A DNA stretch of 64,000 bases from an uncultured Enterobacterales bacterium (GTDB lineage: Bacteria > Myxococcota_A > UBA796 > CAJQPC01), in assembly GCA_964519895.1 (NCBI GenBank), contig CAZFLE010000004.1, forward strand, positions 301-64,300, read 5' to 3'. A program made the translations under genes and the position numbers. Shown piece by piece: positions 53,701-60,430 of the stretch (position 1 is the stretch's first letter; each line of letters starts with the position of its first letter). The notes beneath the pieces were generated by a model. That model saw nothing but the letters and a program-made list of their open reading frames with translations. It was not told where the DNA came from and searched no databases.

Positions 53701-55973
53701 GCCGCCTGAGCGGGTTCGCAGGCGCTGGCCGCATCGCCTGCAGCCACGGTGGCAGCCTCGACCTTGGCCTGGGCCTGGCCGAGGGCCTGGGTGTGCTCGG
53801 TTCGGGCCAGGTCGGCCGCCTGGTGGGCGGACTGGGCGGCAGACAGCGCGCCTTCGGCCTGGGCCAGGGCCGAAGCGGCGTCGGCCAGTGCACCGCCCGG
53901 CTCGAGCCCCAGGTCCTCCAGCCCCGACTCGGCCTGGGTGAGCTCTTCGGCCAGCGCCTCCAGCCGCTCGGCCTGGGCGTCCTGGGCGGTGCCGGCGGCC
54001 TCGAGAGCGGTCTGGGCGGCACCGATGGCCTGGGTGGCGCTGGCCACGGTCTGGTCATGGCCAGCCAGGCCTTGCTGGGCCGCCTCCAGAGCTGCGCTTA
54101 TCTGGGCCCGCTGGGCCTCCTGGGCCTGGGCCTGGTCCTGGGCGGCAGACAGCGCGGCCTGGGCGGTCTCGACGGCTGCGGAGGCTGTCTCGACCGCCGT
54201 TGCAGCGTCATCGCGGGCCGCATGGGCCTGGTCCCGGGCCTGGGTCGCGCCGCCCAGTGCGGTCTCCAGTGCCTCGGCCTGGGTCTGGGCCGCCTGTACG
54301 GAACCGGTGTGGGCCTCCCGGGCCTGCTGGGCCGCGGTGTGGCTGGCCTCGGCCTGCTCCCAGGCGTCCTGGGCGGTCGCGAGCGAAGCCTGGGCCGCGT
54401 CCAGACCGCTGTCCTCGCCGTCGTCGGAGACCACCGCGGCCTGGGCCTGGGCGAGCGCCTGGGTGCCTGCGCTGACCGCTTCCGCCGCCGTCTTGGCACC
54501 CGAGGCCGCCTGGGCCACCGCAGCCTGGGCCCCGGCCACGGCCTCTTCTGCTGTCTCGACACCGGCCACAGCCTGGGCCGCTGCGCTTCGTGCCTCGTCG
54601 AGCCGGGCCTGGGCGGCCTCTCGGGCCTCGCCCTGGGCGGCCTGGGCCTGGTCGAGGGCGGCCTGGGCCTGATCGAGTGCGGTGGCCGCAGCCTGGGCGG
54701 CCTGGGCCGCGGCCTCCTGGTGGGTGCCAGCCGTGGCCTGGGCCTGGGCCGCCTGGGCCTGCTGGGCCTGGGCGTCGTCCAGCTGGGCTTCGGCGCCCTC
54801 GATCGTAGCCCGCAGCGCCTCGATGGCCTTCCGCGCCTTGGGGACGGCCCCTTCGGCCTTGGCCAGGGCAGAGGCCGCCGCCTCGACCGCCTGCTCCGCC
54901 GCATCCAGGTCCGCGTCACCCCCCGCCTCGGCCGCCGCTTCCTCGGCCTGGGCCAGCTCCTCGGCAGCGGCGGTGACCCGCTCGGCCCCTTCGGCGGCGA
55001 AGCCCTGGGCCTCTCGGGCGGTGGTCAGGAGCTCGCTGTGGGCTTCGTCCTGGTCCGCAGCTGCGGTCTCGGCGTTGGCGAGGGCCTGGCCAGCGGCCTC
55101 GAGCGCCGCTTGGAGCTCGGCTCGGCGCTCGGCGTTGGGGTCGGGTTCGGCGGCGGCCTTGCGCCCGGCGCCCGGGGTGGCGCCCTCGCCGTAGGCCTCG
55201 GCGAGCAGCCAGCCCGCGAGCAAGCGGTAGAGCGGGATGCTCTTGGCTTCCCCGGTCAGCCCGTCCCGCGAGTTGTCCTCGAGCGCTGGCAGCGCCTCGC
55301 GCAGGCCTTCGGCCAGGCCCTCGACTTCGGCGCCGCTGTGCTCTGCGATCCCGTCCAGCTGGGGAAACAGGGCTTCGAGTACCTGTCTGGCCCCGGCCAC
55401 GTCGTCCGGATCTGCCCACTCCTCGAAGGCTTCGATGGCCGAGTCCCCGTGGAGGTCGAACAGCTGGCTGACGTGGTCGCCCTCCAGCGGCTCCATGTCC
55501 GACGAGAACGCGACCGCCACGTCGACCGCGGCGAACCAGAGCACGAGCCCCCGACCGGCCTGGTGGTCGAGCAATGCATTGGCACGGTCCTCGGCGTCGC
55601 CGTCGAACAGGTGCCAGGCGACCAGCGCGATGCCCAAGGCCCGGTAGGCGGCGTCCCGTCCTTGGTCGTCCTCCAGGTCGGCGAGCCCCGTGGCCCACTC
55701 GGCGTGGGCATCGAACAGGGACAGGGCGTTGCGCGGACCCAAGGCGATCGACGCGAATTGGTCCCCGGCATCCAAGGTCCGGGCGACCTCGGCGGCGCGT
55801 CGGACTTCGTCTCCTTCGGGGCGGGCGCTGGGGGCGTCGCCGCCCCCTGCCAGGTCCGCGACCTCGCCCAGGAGCTCGCCCCCGGGCTCCAGGGCCAGGA
55901 GTGCCTGGAGGATGGTCTGGGCCGGAGCGCCGTCGCCCCAGGTGCCCAGGAAGTCGTAGAGGGCCCCCTCCAA
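50757..55973 (-). CDS. giant (1,738 aa) Ala/Gln/Glu-rich coiled-coil protein with globular N-terminal domain and acidic repeat tail
   Basis: Track ORF with a TTG start 2 nt after the upstream stop. The N-terminal ~290 aa are non-repetitive (MEGALYDFLGTWGDG...WHLFDGDAEDRANALLDHQAGRG...). About 1,150 aa follow of heptad-like A/Q/E/D sequence (e.g. LDQAQAALDQAQAAQGEAREAAQARLDEAR). The tail has two copies of EP.TVMMDR.AL.A.WQ, an (EP)5 run and VEEVFDA(S/T).LEIED repeats, ending in a basic terminus RRTAVRKRQKPSWLKDD. GC3 is very high in this frame, and the antisense 1443-aa ORF is Gly/Leu/Arg junk. Confidence 0.8.
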   Translation of the reverse strand: MEGALYDFLGTWGDGAPAQTILQALLALEPGGELLGEVADLAGGGDAPSARPEGDEVRRAAEVARTLDAGDQFASIALGPRNALSLFDAHAEWATGLADLEDDQGRDAAYRALGIALVAWHLFDGDAEDRANALLDHQAGRGLVLWFAAVDVAVAFSSDMEPLEGDHVSQLFDLHGDSAIEAFEEWADPDDVAGARQVLEALFPQLDGIAEHSGAEVEGLAEGLREALPALEDNSRDGLTGEAKSIPLYRLLAGWLLAEAYGEGATPGAGRKAAAEPDPNAERRAELQAALEAAGQALANAETAAADQDEAHSELLTTAREAQGFAAEGAERVTAAAEELAQAEEAAAEAGGDADLDAAEQAVEAAASALAKAEGAVPKARKAIEALRATIEGAEAQLDDAQAQQAQAAQAQATAGTHQEAAAQAAQAAATALDQAQAALDQAQAAQGEAREAAQARLDEARSAAAQAVAGVETAEEAVAGAQAAVAQAASGAKTAAEAVSAGTQALAQAQAAVVSDDGEDSGLDAAQASLATAQDAWEQAEASHTAAQQAREAHTGSVQAAQTQAEALETALGGATQARDQAHAARDDAATAVETASAAVETAQAALSAAQDQAQAQEAQRAQISAALEAAQQGLAGHDQTVASATQAIGAAQTALEAAGTAQDAQAERLEALAEELTQAESGLEDLGLEPGGALADAASALAQAEGALSAAQSAHQAADLARTEHTQALGQAQAKVEAATVAAGDAASACEPAQAAVVGAQEVLAACQQAHSQAQADLETAQQAAAQHAEAAGALEATLDAARQALAEGDTALAQAQEAATAAQAAVTAAAEELATHVEHQEMRAGQMAEEVAALTGVSDDDGAVSTAEQALADADEQLTAAQAGLDEGVQARDQTAEAVAQAGDAASGAGSSLAEARGVCEAANQAREDALTHVMSAREALSGAQDALGQAQQAAAAKDEAAAALQATLVQAQGRLDQATQDLDTATVGRDERRAVTETAAQAAADARTRADGRAADVAQASADLAEASGSDGGSLASADEALAGAQAVLDEAGSGATTAQAAREAGAQALAQSTSSQEATARAVSACHEAAQAAQAAVTEARGLAESALAARDAAQLAVDEAQLALVARSDAAAALQARLAEARQVADQAQAALTTARAHADQARQAAASASEAFGNNTLAKGRIGMDLDEQVDEAAAASDAAPAADLSGPTQALAQAETGLAAATAAAGEATAVVGAAAEARASAEQAVTAAGSAWDGASSVATAAREALAGAGDAVAAARTAHTEAQEALQRAQAQAAAQSEATAALQARLDEARSLLALSDGALAEARASRDRLLEQVAQAGAAHDATGPRRSALSDQLTEAAAQAGPAQDEGSLDFATMAATAAEAALTDAQAKAVEASSAVFMHQAARQGEELAFQEAMTACLSAKRLYDTARKAVAPATEAVQAARTALAAAQQAVLDAEAAAGPVVTTTTSRPMGRRKAKRLREPGALPKGFEAVPVPAAAAPEPAAPTPAPEADEPATVMMDRSALAAKWQAMLKEHSEPMEKPAPSQPPPPAAQDDEPKTVMMDREALKASWQSLLGKSDDRDRSEPIAKPAAKVLRPEPEPEPEPEPEVDEVVDATAMEVEEEVEEVEEVEDFTADVVEDEEPLIEEVFDASALEIEDEEERVEEVFDATVLEIEDDDDSEEIEDPEPEPQPRPQPRPDRGARPRSGRRTAVRKRQKPSWLKDD

Positions 55974-55975
55974 GG

Positions 55976-56491
55976 TCAGCCGGCGAGCTCGGCCAGCTCC
56001 TGCTCGAGCTTGGCGACCTCGGCGGCAGCGGCGTCCTTGGCGGTCTGGGCTTCTTCCAGGCCCTGCTCGGCTTCGGCGAGCTCCGCCTGGCGGGCCTCGT
56101 GCTCTTCTTGGAGGCCCGCGGCCTCGTCCTCGAGCCCCTTGAGCTCCTCGCGCAGTGCGGCGACCTTTTCCTGGAGCTCAGCCGCCTGGCCTTGGCGGCC
56201 TTCTTCTTCGGTGCGCAGGGCTTCCAGTTCGGCAGCGAGCTTGTCGCGCTCGGCGGTGGCTGCCTCGACGGCTGCCTCGGCGTCGGTCACGGCGGTCTCG
56301 AGCTCGGGCTCCTGGGCCTTGAGCTTCTCCAGCTCTTCGGTGGCGGCGTCCCGGGCGCCTTCGGCCTCCTCGAGTGCCTTGTCTGCGGCCTCGGAGGCGG
56401 CTTCGGCCTCCTTCAGGGCGGCTTCGGCAGCCTCGAGCTCCTGGGCCTTCTGGTCGCGATCCTCCTGTAGCTTGCTGAGCTCTTCCGACAT
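55976..56491 (-). CDS. 171-aa Glu/Ala-rich coiled-coil protein
   Basis: Internal ATG 56491 (MSEELSKLQEDRDQKAQELEAAEAALKEAEAASEAADKALEEAEG...) of the 181-aa track ORF. It is almost entirely heptad-like E/A/L/K sequence and lies 60 nt downstream of rtcB. Confidence 0.65.
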   Translation of the reverse strand: MSEELSKLQEDRDQKAQELEAAEAALKEAEAASEAADKALEEAEGARDAATEELEKLKAQEPELETAVTDAEAAVEAATAERDKLAAELEALRTEEEGRQGQAAELQEKVAALREELKGLEDEAAGLQEEHEARQAELAEAEQGLEEAQTAKDAAAAEVAKLEQELAELAG

Positions 56492-56551
56492 GGTGCGGAC
56501 GGTAGCAACCCGGCCTGCCACGGGTCAATCGACCCACGGTTCTCGCAGTGG

Positions 56552-57784
56552 CTACCCCTTCACGCACACCACCTGGCGCAGGGTGTGGACCACGTCGACC
56601 AGGTCGGCCTGGGCCGCCATCACCGCGTCGATGTCCTTGTAGGCCATGGGCGTCTCGTCGACGACGGCGGCGTCCTTGCGGCACTCGACGCCGGCGGTCG
56701 CGCGGGCGTGGTCGGCGGCGGTGAAGCGCTTCCGGGCCTCGGTCCGGGACATCGCACGGCCGGCGCCGTGGGAGCAGGAACAGAACGACTCGGGGTTGCC
56801 CTTGCCGCGCACGATGTAGGACCGGGTGCCCATCGAGCCCGGGATGATGCCCAGCTCGCCCACACCGGCCCGGACGGCCCCCTTGCGGGTCACCCACACG
56901 TCCTTGCCGTAGTGGTGCTCACGGGCCACGTAGTTGTGGTGGCAATTCACCGCCTCAGCGACGGCGTGGAACGCCGGCAGCGAGCGGACCTGGGCCAGGG
57001 CGCCCAGGGTCGCGGCCATCATCAGCTCCCGGTTGCGCCGGGCGAAGTCCTGGGCCCAGCCCACGGCCTGGACGTAGTCGTCGAAATACCGCGAGCCTTC
57101 GGGCAGATAGGCCAGGTCCCGGTGGGGCAGGTGGACGAACCACCGCGCCATCTCTTCCTTGGCACGCTCGATGAAGTAGCTGCCGATGCGGTTTCCGACG
57201 CCGCGGGATCCGGAGTGCAGCATGACCCAGACCTGGTCGGCCTCGTCCAGGCAGACCTCGATGAAGTGGTTCCCCGAGCCCAGGGTGCCCAGGTGCACGC
57301 GGTGGTTGCTCTTGGCGATCTTGGGATGCTTGGCGCAGATGGCGTCGAAGCGGCCCACGAGCTCGGACCACGCGGCGTCCACAGAGGCAGGCGGCTCTCC
57401 CCAGGAGCCGCGGTCCCGCTTGGTCTTGCGGCTCACGGTGCGACCGTGGGGCACGGCGGCTTCGATCAGGCTGCGGGTGTCCTTGAGGCTGTCGGGCAGA
57501 TCGCTGGCGCTCAGCGACGTCTGCACCGCCATCATCCCGCAGCCCAGGTCCACGCCGACCGCGGCCGGCACGATGGCCTTGTCGCTGGGAATGACCGAGC
57601 CAATGGTGGCCCCCCGGCCCAGGTGCACATCGGGCATCGCCGCGACCCACTTGTGGATGAACGGCAGCTCGGCGACCTGCTGGAGCTGGGCCTTGGCCTT
57701 GTCTTCGACGGGCACGCCGTGGGTCCAGGTCTTCACCAGGCCACCGCTCGGAGACTTCAGGATCTCGTAGGGCGTGGTCGTCAT
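56552..57784 (-). CDS. rtcB: RNA-splicing ligase RtcB
   Basis: Internal ATG 57784 (GGAG 11 nt upstream) of the 441-aa track ORF. Hallmark RtcB metal/GMP-site motifs are present: MPDVHLGRGATIGSV, DLGCGM, LGSGNHFIE, HSGSRGVGN, IPGSMGTRSYIV and CSCSHGAGR. Confidence 0.95.
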   Translation of the reverse strand: MTTTPYEILKSPSGGLVKTWTHGVPVEDKAKAQLQQVAELPFIHKWVAAMPDVHLGRGATIGSVIPSDKAIVPAAVGVDLGCGMMAVQTSLSASDLPDSLKDTRSLIEAAVPHGRTVSRKTKRDRGSWGEPPASVDAAWSELVGRFDAICAKHPKIAKSNHRVHLGTLGSGNHFIEVCLDEADQVWVMLHSGSRGVGNRIGSYFIERAKEEMARWFVHLPHRDLAYLPEGSRYFDDYVQAVGWAQDFARRNRELMMAATLGALAQVRSLPAFHAVAEAVNCHHNYVAREHHYGKDVWVTRKGAVRAGVGELGIIPGSMGTRSYIVRGKGNPESFCSCSHGAGRAMSRTEARKRFTAADHARATAGVECRKDAAVVDETPMAYKDIDAVMAAQADLVDVVHTLRQVVCVKG

Positions 57785-57820
57785 GGGCTCGGTGCTCCGT
57801 GGGGGATGGCTGGCAGTGGA

Positions 57821-57836
57821 GCAAGGGGCGTGCCAC
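57821..57836 (-). promoter_or_regulatory. sigma-54 (-24/-12) promoter of rtcB
   Basis: The minus strand reads TGGCAC-GCCCC-TTGCT, a perfect TGGCAC-N5-TTGC(A/T). Its -12 element ends 36 nt upstream of the rtcB ATG. It sits in the divergent rtcR-rtcB intergenic region. Confidence 0.85.
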
Positions 57837-57916
57837 GGCACTCTACCGCGCAAGTCCCTGGAATCCGGTGGGCACACGGACAGAGCCTCGCGCCCTTGAT
57901 ATCGTCATTGATACAA

Positions 57917-59533
57917 ATGAATCAGACTCGCAAGGAGACCGTGGTCGTCGGGTTCCTGGGCACCACCCTGGACCGGGGCCGCGGGGTGAAGCGCTGGGGC
58001 CGTTGGCGGCCGACCGTGGCCGCATGCACCCAGCCGGATCTGGCGGTGGCCCGCCTTCACCTGCTGGTCCAGGAGCCCTGGACCCGCATGGCCGAGGGGG
58101 TCCAGAAGGACCTGGCCGACGTGGCGCCCACCACCGACGTGGTGGTGCACGTGCTGCCGGAGCACGATCCCTGGGACTTCGAGCAGGTCTATGCCCGCCT
58201 GCTGGACTTCACCCAAGAGGTGACCTTCGACCCGGAGACCCAGGACCTGCTGGTCCACATCACCACCGGCTCCCACGTGGTGCAGATCTGTCTCTTCCTG
58301 ATGACCGAGTCCCGGCACCTGCCGGGCCGGTTGCTCCAGACGTCGCCGGAGAAGGGCCGGGACGCGCCGACCCACGGGCGGATCGCGATCATCGACCTGG
58401 ACCTGTCCCGCTACGACGCCATCGCCCGGCGCTTCGAGGAGGAGCAGCGCCAGGGTGCGAGCCTGCTCAAGCACGGCATCCAGACCCGGAACCCCCACTA
58501 CAACCAGCTCATCGCGCGGCTGGAGCAGGTGGCGTTGCGGTCCAGCCGGCCGGTGTTGTTCCAGGGGCCCACCGGCGCCGGCAAGTCGCTCCTGGCCCGC
58601 AAGGTGCACGAGCTCCGGGCGGCCCGCCGGCTGGTGGGCGGGCGCTATGTCGAGGTGAACTGCGCCACGATTCGCGGCGACGGCGCCATGTCCACCCTCT
58701 TCGGCCACGTGCGCGGTGCCTACACCGGTGCCCAGCGGGAGCGGGCCGGAGTGCTGCGCGAGGCCGACGGCGGCACCCTCTTCCTGGACGAGATCGGCGA
58801 GCTTGGGCTCGACGAGCAGGCGATGCTGCTGCGGGCTCTGGAGGAGAAGCGCTTCCTGCCCCTAGGGGCGGATCGCGAGGTCGGCAGCGACTTCCAGCTG
58901 GTCGCCGGCACCAACCGGGACCTGCGGGTTGAGGTCGCGGCCGGGCGCTTTCGCGAGGACCTGCTGGCCAGGATCGACACCTGGACCTTCTCGCTGCCGG
59001 CGCTGCGGGAGCGGCCCGAGGACATCCCCCCCAACGTGGAGTTCGAGCTGGACCGCTTCGCCCGGGACGAGCGACGGCGGGTGACCTTCAACAAGGAGGC
59101 CCGGGAGCGCTTCCTGGGCTTTGCGACCGGTCCGGGGGCGCGGTGGTCCCGGAATTTCCGCGACCTGGGCAGCGCCGTGGCCCGCATGGCCACTCTGGCA
59201 CCGGGGGGGCGCATCACGGTCGCCGACGTGGACCAGGAGATCGATCGGCTGCGCCACAGCTGGGCGGTCCCGGGCTCGGACGGCAACGACACCGACGTGT
59301 GTGCCCAGGTGCTGGGTGGAGAGCGGGCTGCCGCACTGGACCCCTTCGACGCGGTCCAGCTCGCGCTGGTCATTCGCACCTGCCGCAGGTCGGCGTCGCT
59401 GTCTGCGGCTGGCCGCTCGCTCTTCGCCCAGTCGCGCCTGCGTCGGTCCTCGACCAACGACGCGGACCGCCTGCGCAAGTACCTGGCCAAGCACGGCCTG
59501 ACCTTCAAGGACCTGAGAGGCCCCGATGTCTGA
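57917..59533 (+). CDS. rtcR: sigma-54-dependent transcriptional activator RtcR (CARF-like N-domain + AAA+ + HTH)
   Basis: Internal ATG 57917 (MNQTRKETVVVGFLGTTLD...) of the 982-aa track ORF; the upstream part is antisense to rtcB. The RtcR-type N-domain is ...WRPTVA......LLV......HITTGSHVVQICLFLMTESR..PGRLLQTSP. The AAA+ motifs are GPTGAGKS, the GAFTGA variant GAYTGA, LFLDEIGEL, and RFREDLLARI. Confidence 0.92.
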   Translation: MNQTRKETVVVGFLGTTLDRGRGVKRWGRWRPTVAACTQPDLAVARLHLLVQEPWTRMAEGVQKDLADVAPTTDVVVHVLPEHDPWDFEQVYARLLDFTQEVTFDPETQDLLVHITTGSHVVQICLFLMTESRHLPGRLLQTSPEKGRDAPTHGRIAIIDLDLSRYDAIARRFEEEQRQGASLLKHGIQTRNPHYNQLIARLEQVALRSSRPVLFQGPTGAGKSLLARKVHELRAARRLVGGRYVEVNCATIRGDGAMSTLFGHVRGAYTGAQRERAGVLREADGGTLFLDEIGELGLDEQAMLLRALEEKRFLPLGADREVGSDFQLVAGTNRDLRVEVAAGRFREDLLARIDTWTFSLPALRERPEDIPPNVEFELDRFARDERRRVTFNKEARERFLGFATGPGARWSRNFRDLGSAVARMATLAPGGRITVADVDQEIDRLRHSWAVPGSDGNDTDVCAQVLGGERAAALDPFDAVQLALVIRTCRRSASLSAAGRSLFAQSRLRRSSTNDADRLRKYLAKHGLTFKDLRGPDV

Positions 59534-59936
59534 CGACCCGCTGTCCACCATGATCGACCACGTGTCCCTGAGCGTCGGGGACTACGGCGCGGCCAAGGCC
59601 TTCTACACACCGCTGATGGCCACGCTGGGCATGGCGGTGGTGGGCGAGTACACCGCCGAGCAGACCGGCTCGGTGGCCTTCCTGGGCTTCGGTCGCGGCG
59701 GCAAGGGGGCCCTGTGGGTGTCGGACAGCGGCCGCCAGACGCCGGCGACCCACGTGTGCTTCCGGGCCCGCTCGCGGCAGGAGGTGCGCGACTTCCACGC
59801 GGCCGGACTCGCTGCGGGCGGGCTGGACAACGGCGAGCCGGGGCTGCGGGAGCACTACCACCCGGCGTACTACGCCGCGTTCGTGCTGGATCCCGAAGGG
59901 CACAACGTCGAGGCGGTGTGCTTCGTGGGGGCGTGA
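59526..59936 (+). CDS. VOC (glyoxalase/bleomycin-resistance/dioxygenase) family protein
   Basis: 136 aa; overlaps the rtcR stop by 8 nt. IDHVSLSVGDYGAAKAFY...LG........FG.......LWV........H.CFRA.SR.EV..FH.AGLAAGG.DNG.PG.R..YHP.YYAAFV.DP.G.N.EAV is the typical fold pattern. Confidence 0.8.
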   Translation: MSDDPLSTMIDHVSLSVGDYGAAKAFYTPLMATLGMAVVGEYTAEQTGSVAFLGFGRGGKGALWVSDSGRQTPATHVCFRARSRQEVRDFHAAGLAAGGLDNGEPGLREHYHPAYYAAFVLDPEGHNVEAVCFVGA

Positions 59937-59942
59937 GGGCGC

Positions 59943-60130
59943 TGTAGAGCCGCGGCCCAACTTCCGCTCGGCGTGTAGAGCCGCCCTCCAACTTCCGCGG
60001 AAGGGCGATCTGGGGGCCTGGCGGGCCCTCCAGGGGGTCGATCTGGGGCCTCTGCGGCCCTCAGGCCCCTCTCAGCGGAAGTTGGAGGGCGGCTTTACAT
60101 CGCCCGCGGAAGTTGGAGGGCGGCTTTACA
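59943..60130. repeat. dyad-symmetric array of ~31-bp units (2 forward, 2 central, 2 inverted)
   Basis: A1 is TGTAGAGCCGCGGCCCAACTTCCGC (59943-59967). A2 is TGTAGAGCCGCCCTCCAACTTCCGCGG (59974-60000). Two central ~31-bp direct repeats CGATCTGGGG(G)CCT..GCGG(G)CCCTC follow (60007-60067). A3 is CAGCGGAAGTTGGAGGGCGGCTTTACA (60073-60099) and A4 is CCGCGGAAGTTGGAGGGCGGCTTTACA (60104-60130). A4 is the reverse complement of A2 with 1 mismatch in 27. Confidence 0.85.
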
Positions 60131-60160
60131 TCCCCGGCCGGCCCGCCACCGGGCTCCACG

Positions 60161-60350
60161 GCGACGAACGTCCGTACTTCGGACGATGAGGCCCTCCAAC
60201 TGAGTTGGGAGCGACAAAGGTCCGAAGTACGGACGTTCGTCCCCTCCCGCTCGAGTTGACGGCGACGAACGTCCGTACTTCGGACGTTCGTCCCCTCCCG
60301 CTCGAGTTGACAGCGACGAACGTCCGTACTTCGGACGTTCGTCCCCTCCC
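60161..60350. repeat. tandem palindromic repeat (51-bp unit, about 3 copies; first copy carries a 50-bp loop expansion)
   Basis: The unit is GCGACGAACGTCCGTACTTCGGACGTTCGTCCCCTCCCGCTCGAGTTGAC(A/G), at 60262-60312 and at 60313-60350 (truncated). Each unit holds a 12-bp-stem hairpin GACGAACGTCCG-tactt-CGGACGTTCGTC. In the first copy (60161-60261) the arms GACGAACGTCCGTACTTCGG and CCGAAGTACGGACGTTCGTC are perfect 20-bp inverted repeats around a 38-nt insert. Confidence 0.85.
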
Positions 60351-60430
60351 CAGCCCCCGAAGCACACACGGCGGCGGAGCGCCCCACCCCGTGATGGTGG
60401 GACACCCCGCCGCCTCTCGACGACGACGGC

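Noticed and set aside
56505-56520. Second sigma-54-like promoter (minus strand TGGCAG-GCCGGG-TTGCT) in the rtcB/coiled-coil intergenic gap
   Set aside because: The GG-to-GC spacing is one nucleotide longer than the strict consensus, and the sixth base of the -24 element deviates. The predicted start would fall only ~3 nt before the ATG at 56491. It is not convincing, though it would matter for the operon question.
52311-56642. 1443-aa plus-strand ORF overlapping the giant coiled-coil gene and rtcB
   Set aside because: The translation is Gly/Leu/Arg/Val-rich with no domains. It is antisense to two genes with strong coding signatures (rtcB motifs, and high GC3 in the minus frame). I treat it as an antisense shadow.
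56585-57916. N-terminal 444 codons of the 982-aa 'RtcR' track ORF
   Set aside because: This part is antisense to rtcB and crosses the sigma-54 promoter region. The recognisable RtcR sequence begins at ATG 57917 (MNQTRKETVVVGFLG...).
57895-57916. Direct repeat TTGATA-N6-TTGATA just upstream of rtcR as a -35/-10 promoter pair
   Set aside because: The spacing does not fit a sigma-70 -35/-10 arrangement ending before the ATG at 57917. The repeat could instead be a regulator site or part of a leaderless promoter, but I cannot support a specific call from sequence alone.
60161-60350. Possible CRISPR array (29-bp palindromic repeats with regular spacing)
   Set aside because: The 22-bp segments between the palindromes are themselves identical between copies (CCCTCCCGCTCGAGTTGAC...), so there are no unique spacers. 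There are only ~3 units and no cas genes in the window. It is a tandem repeat, not CRISPR.
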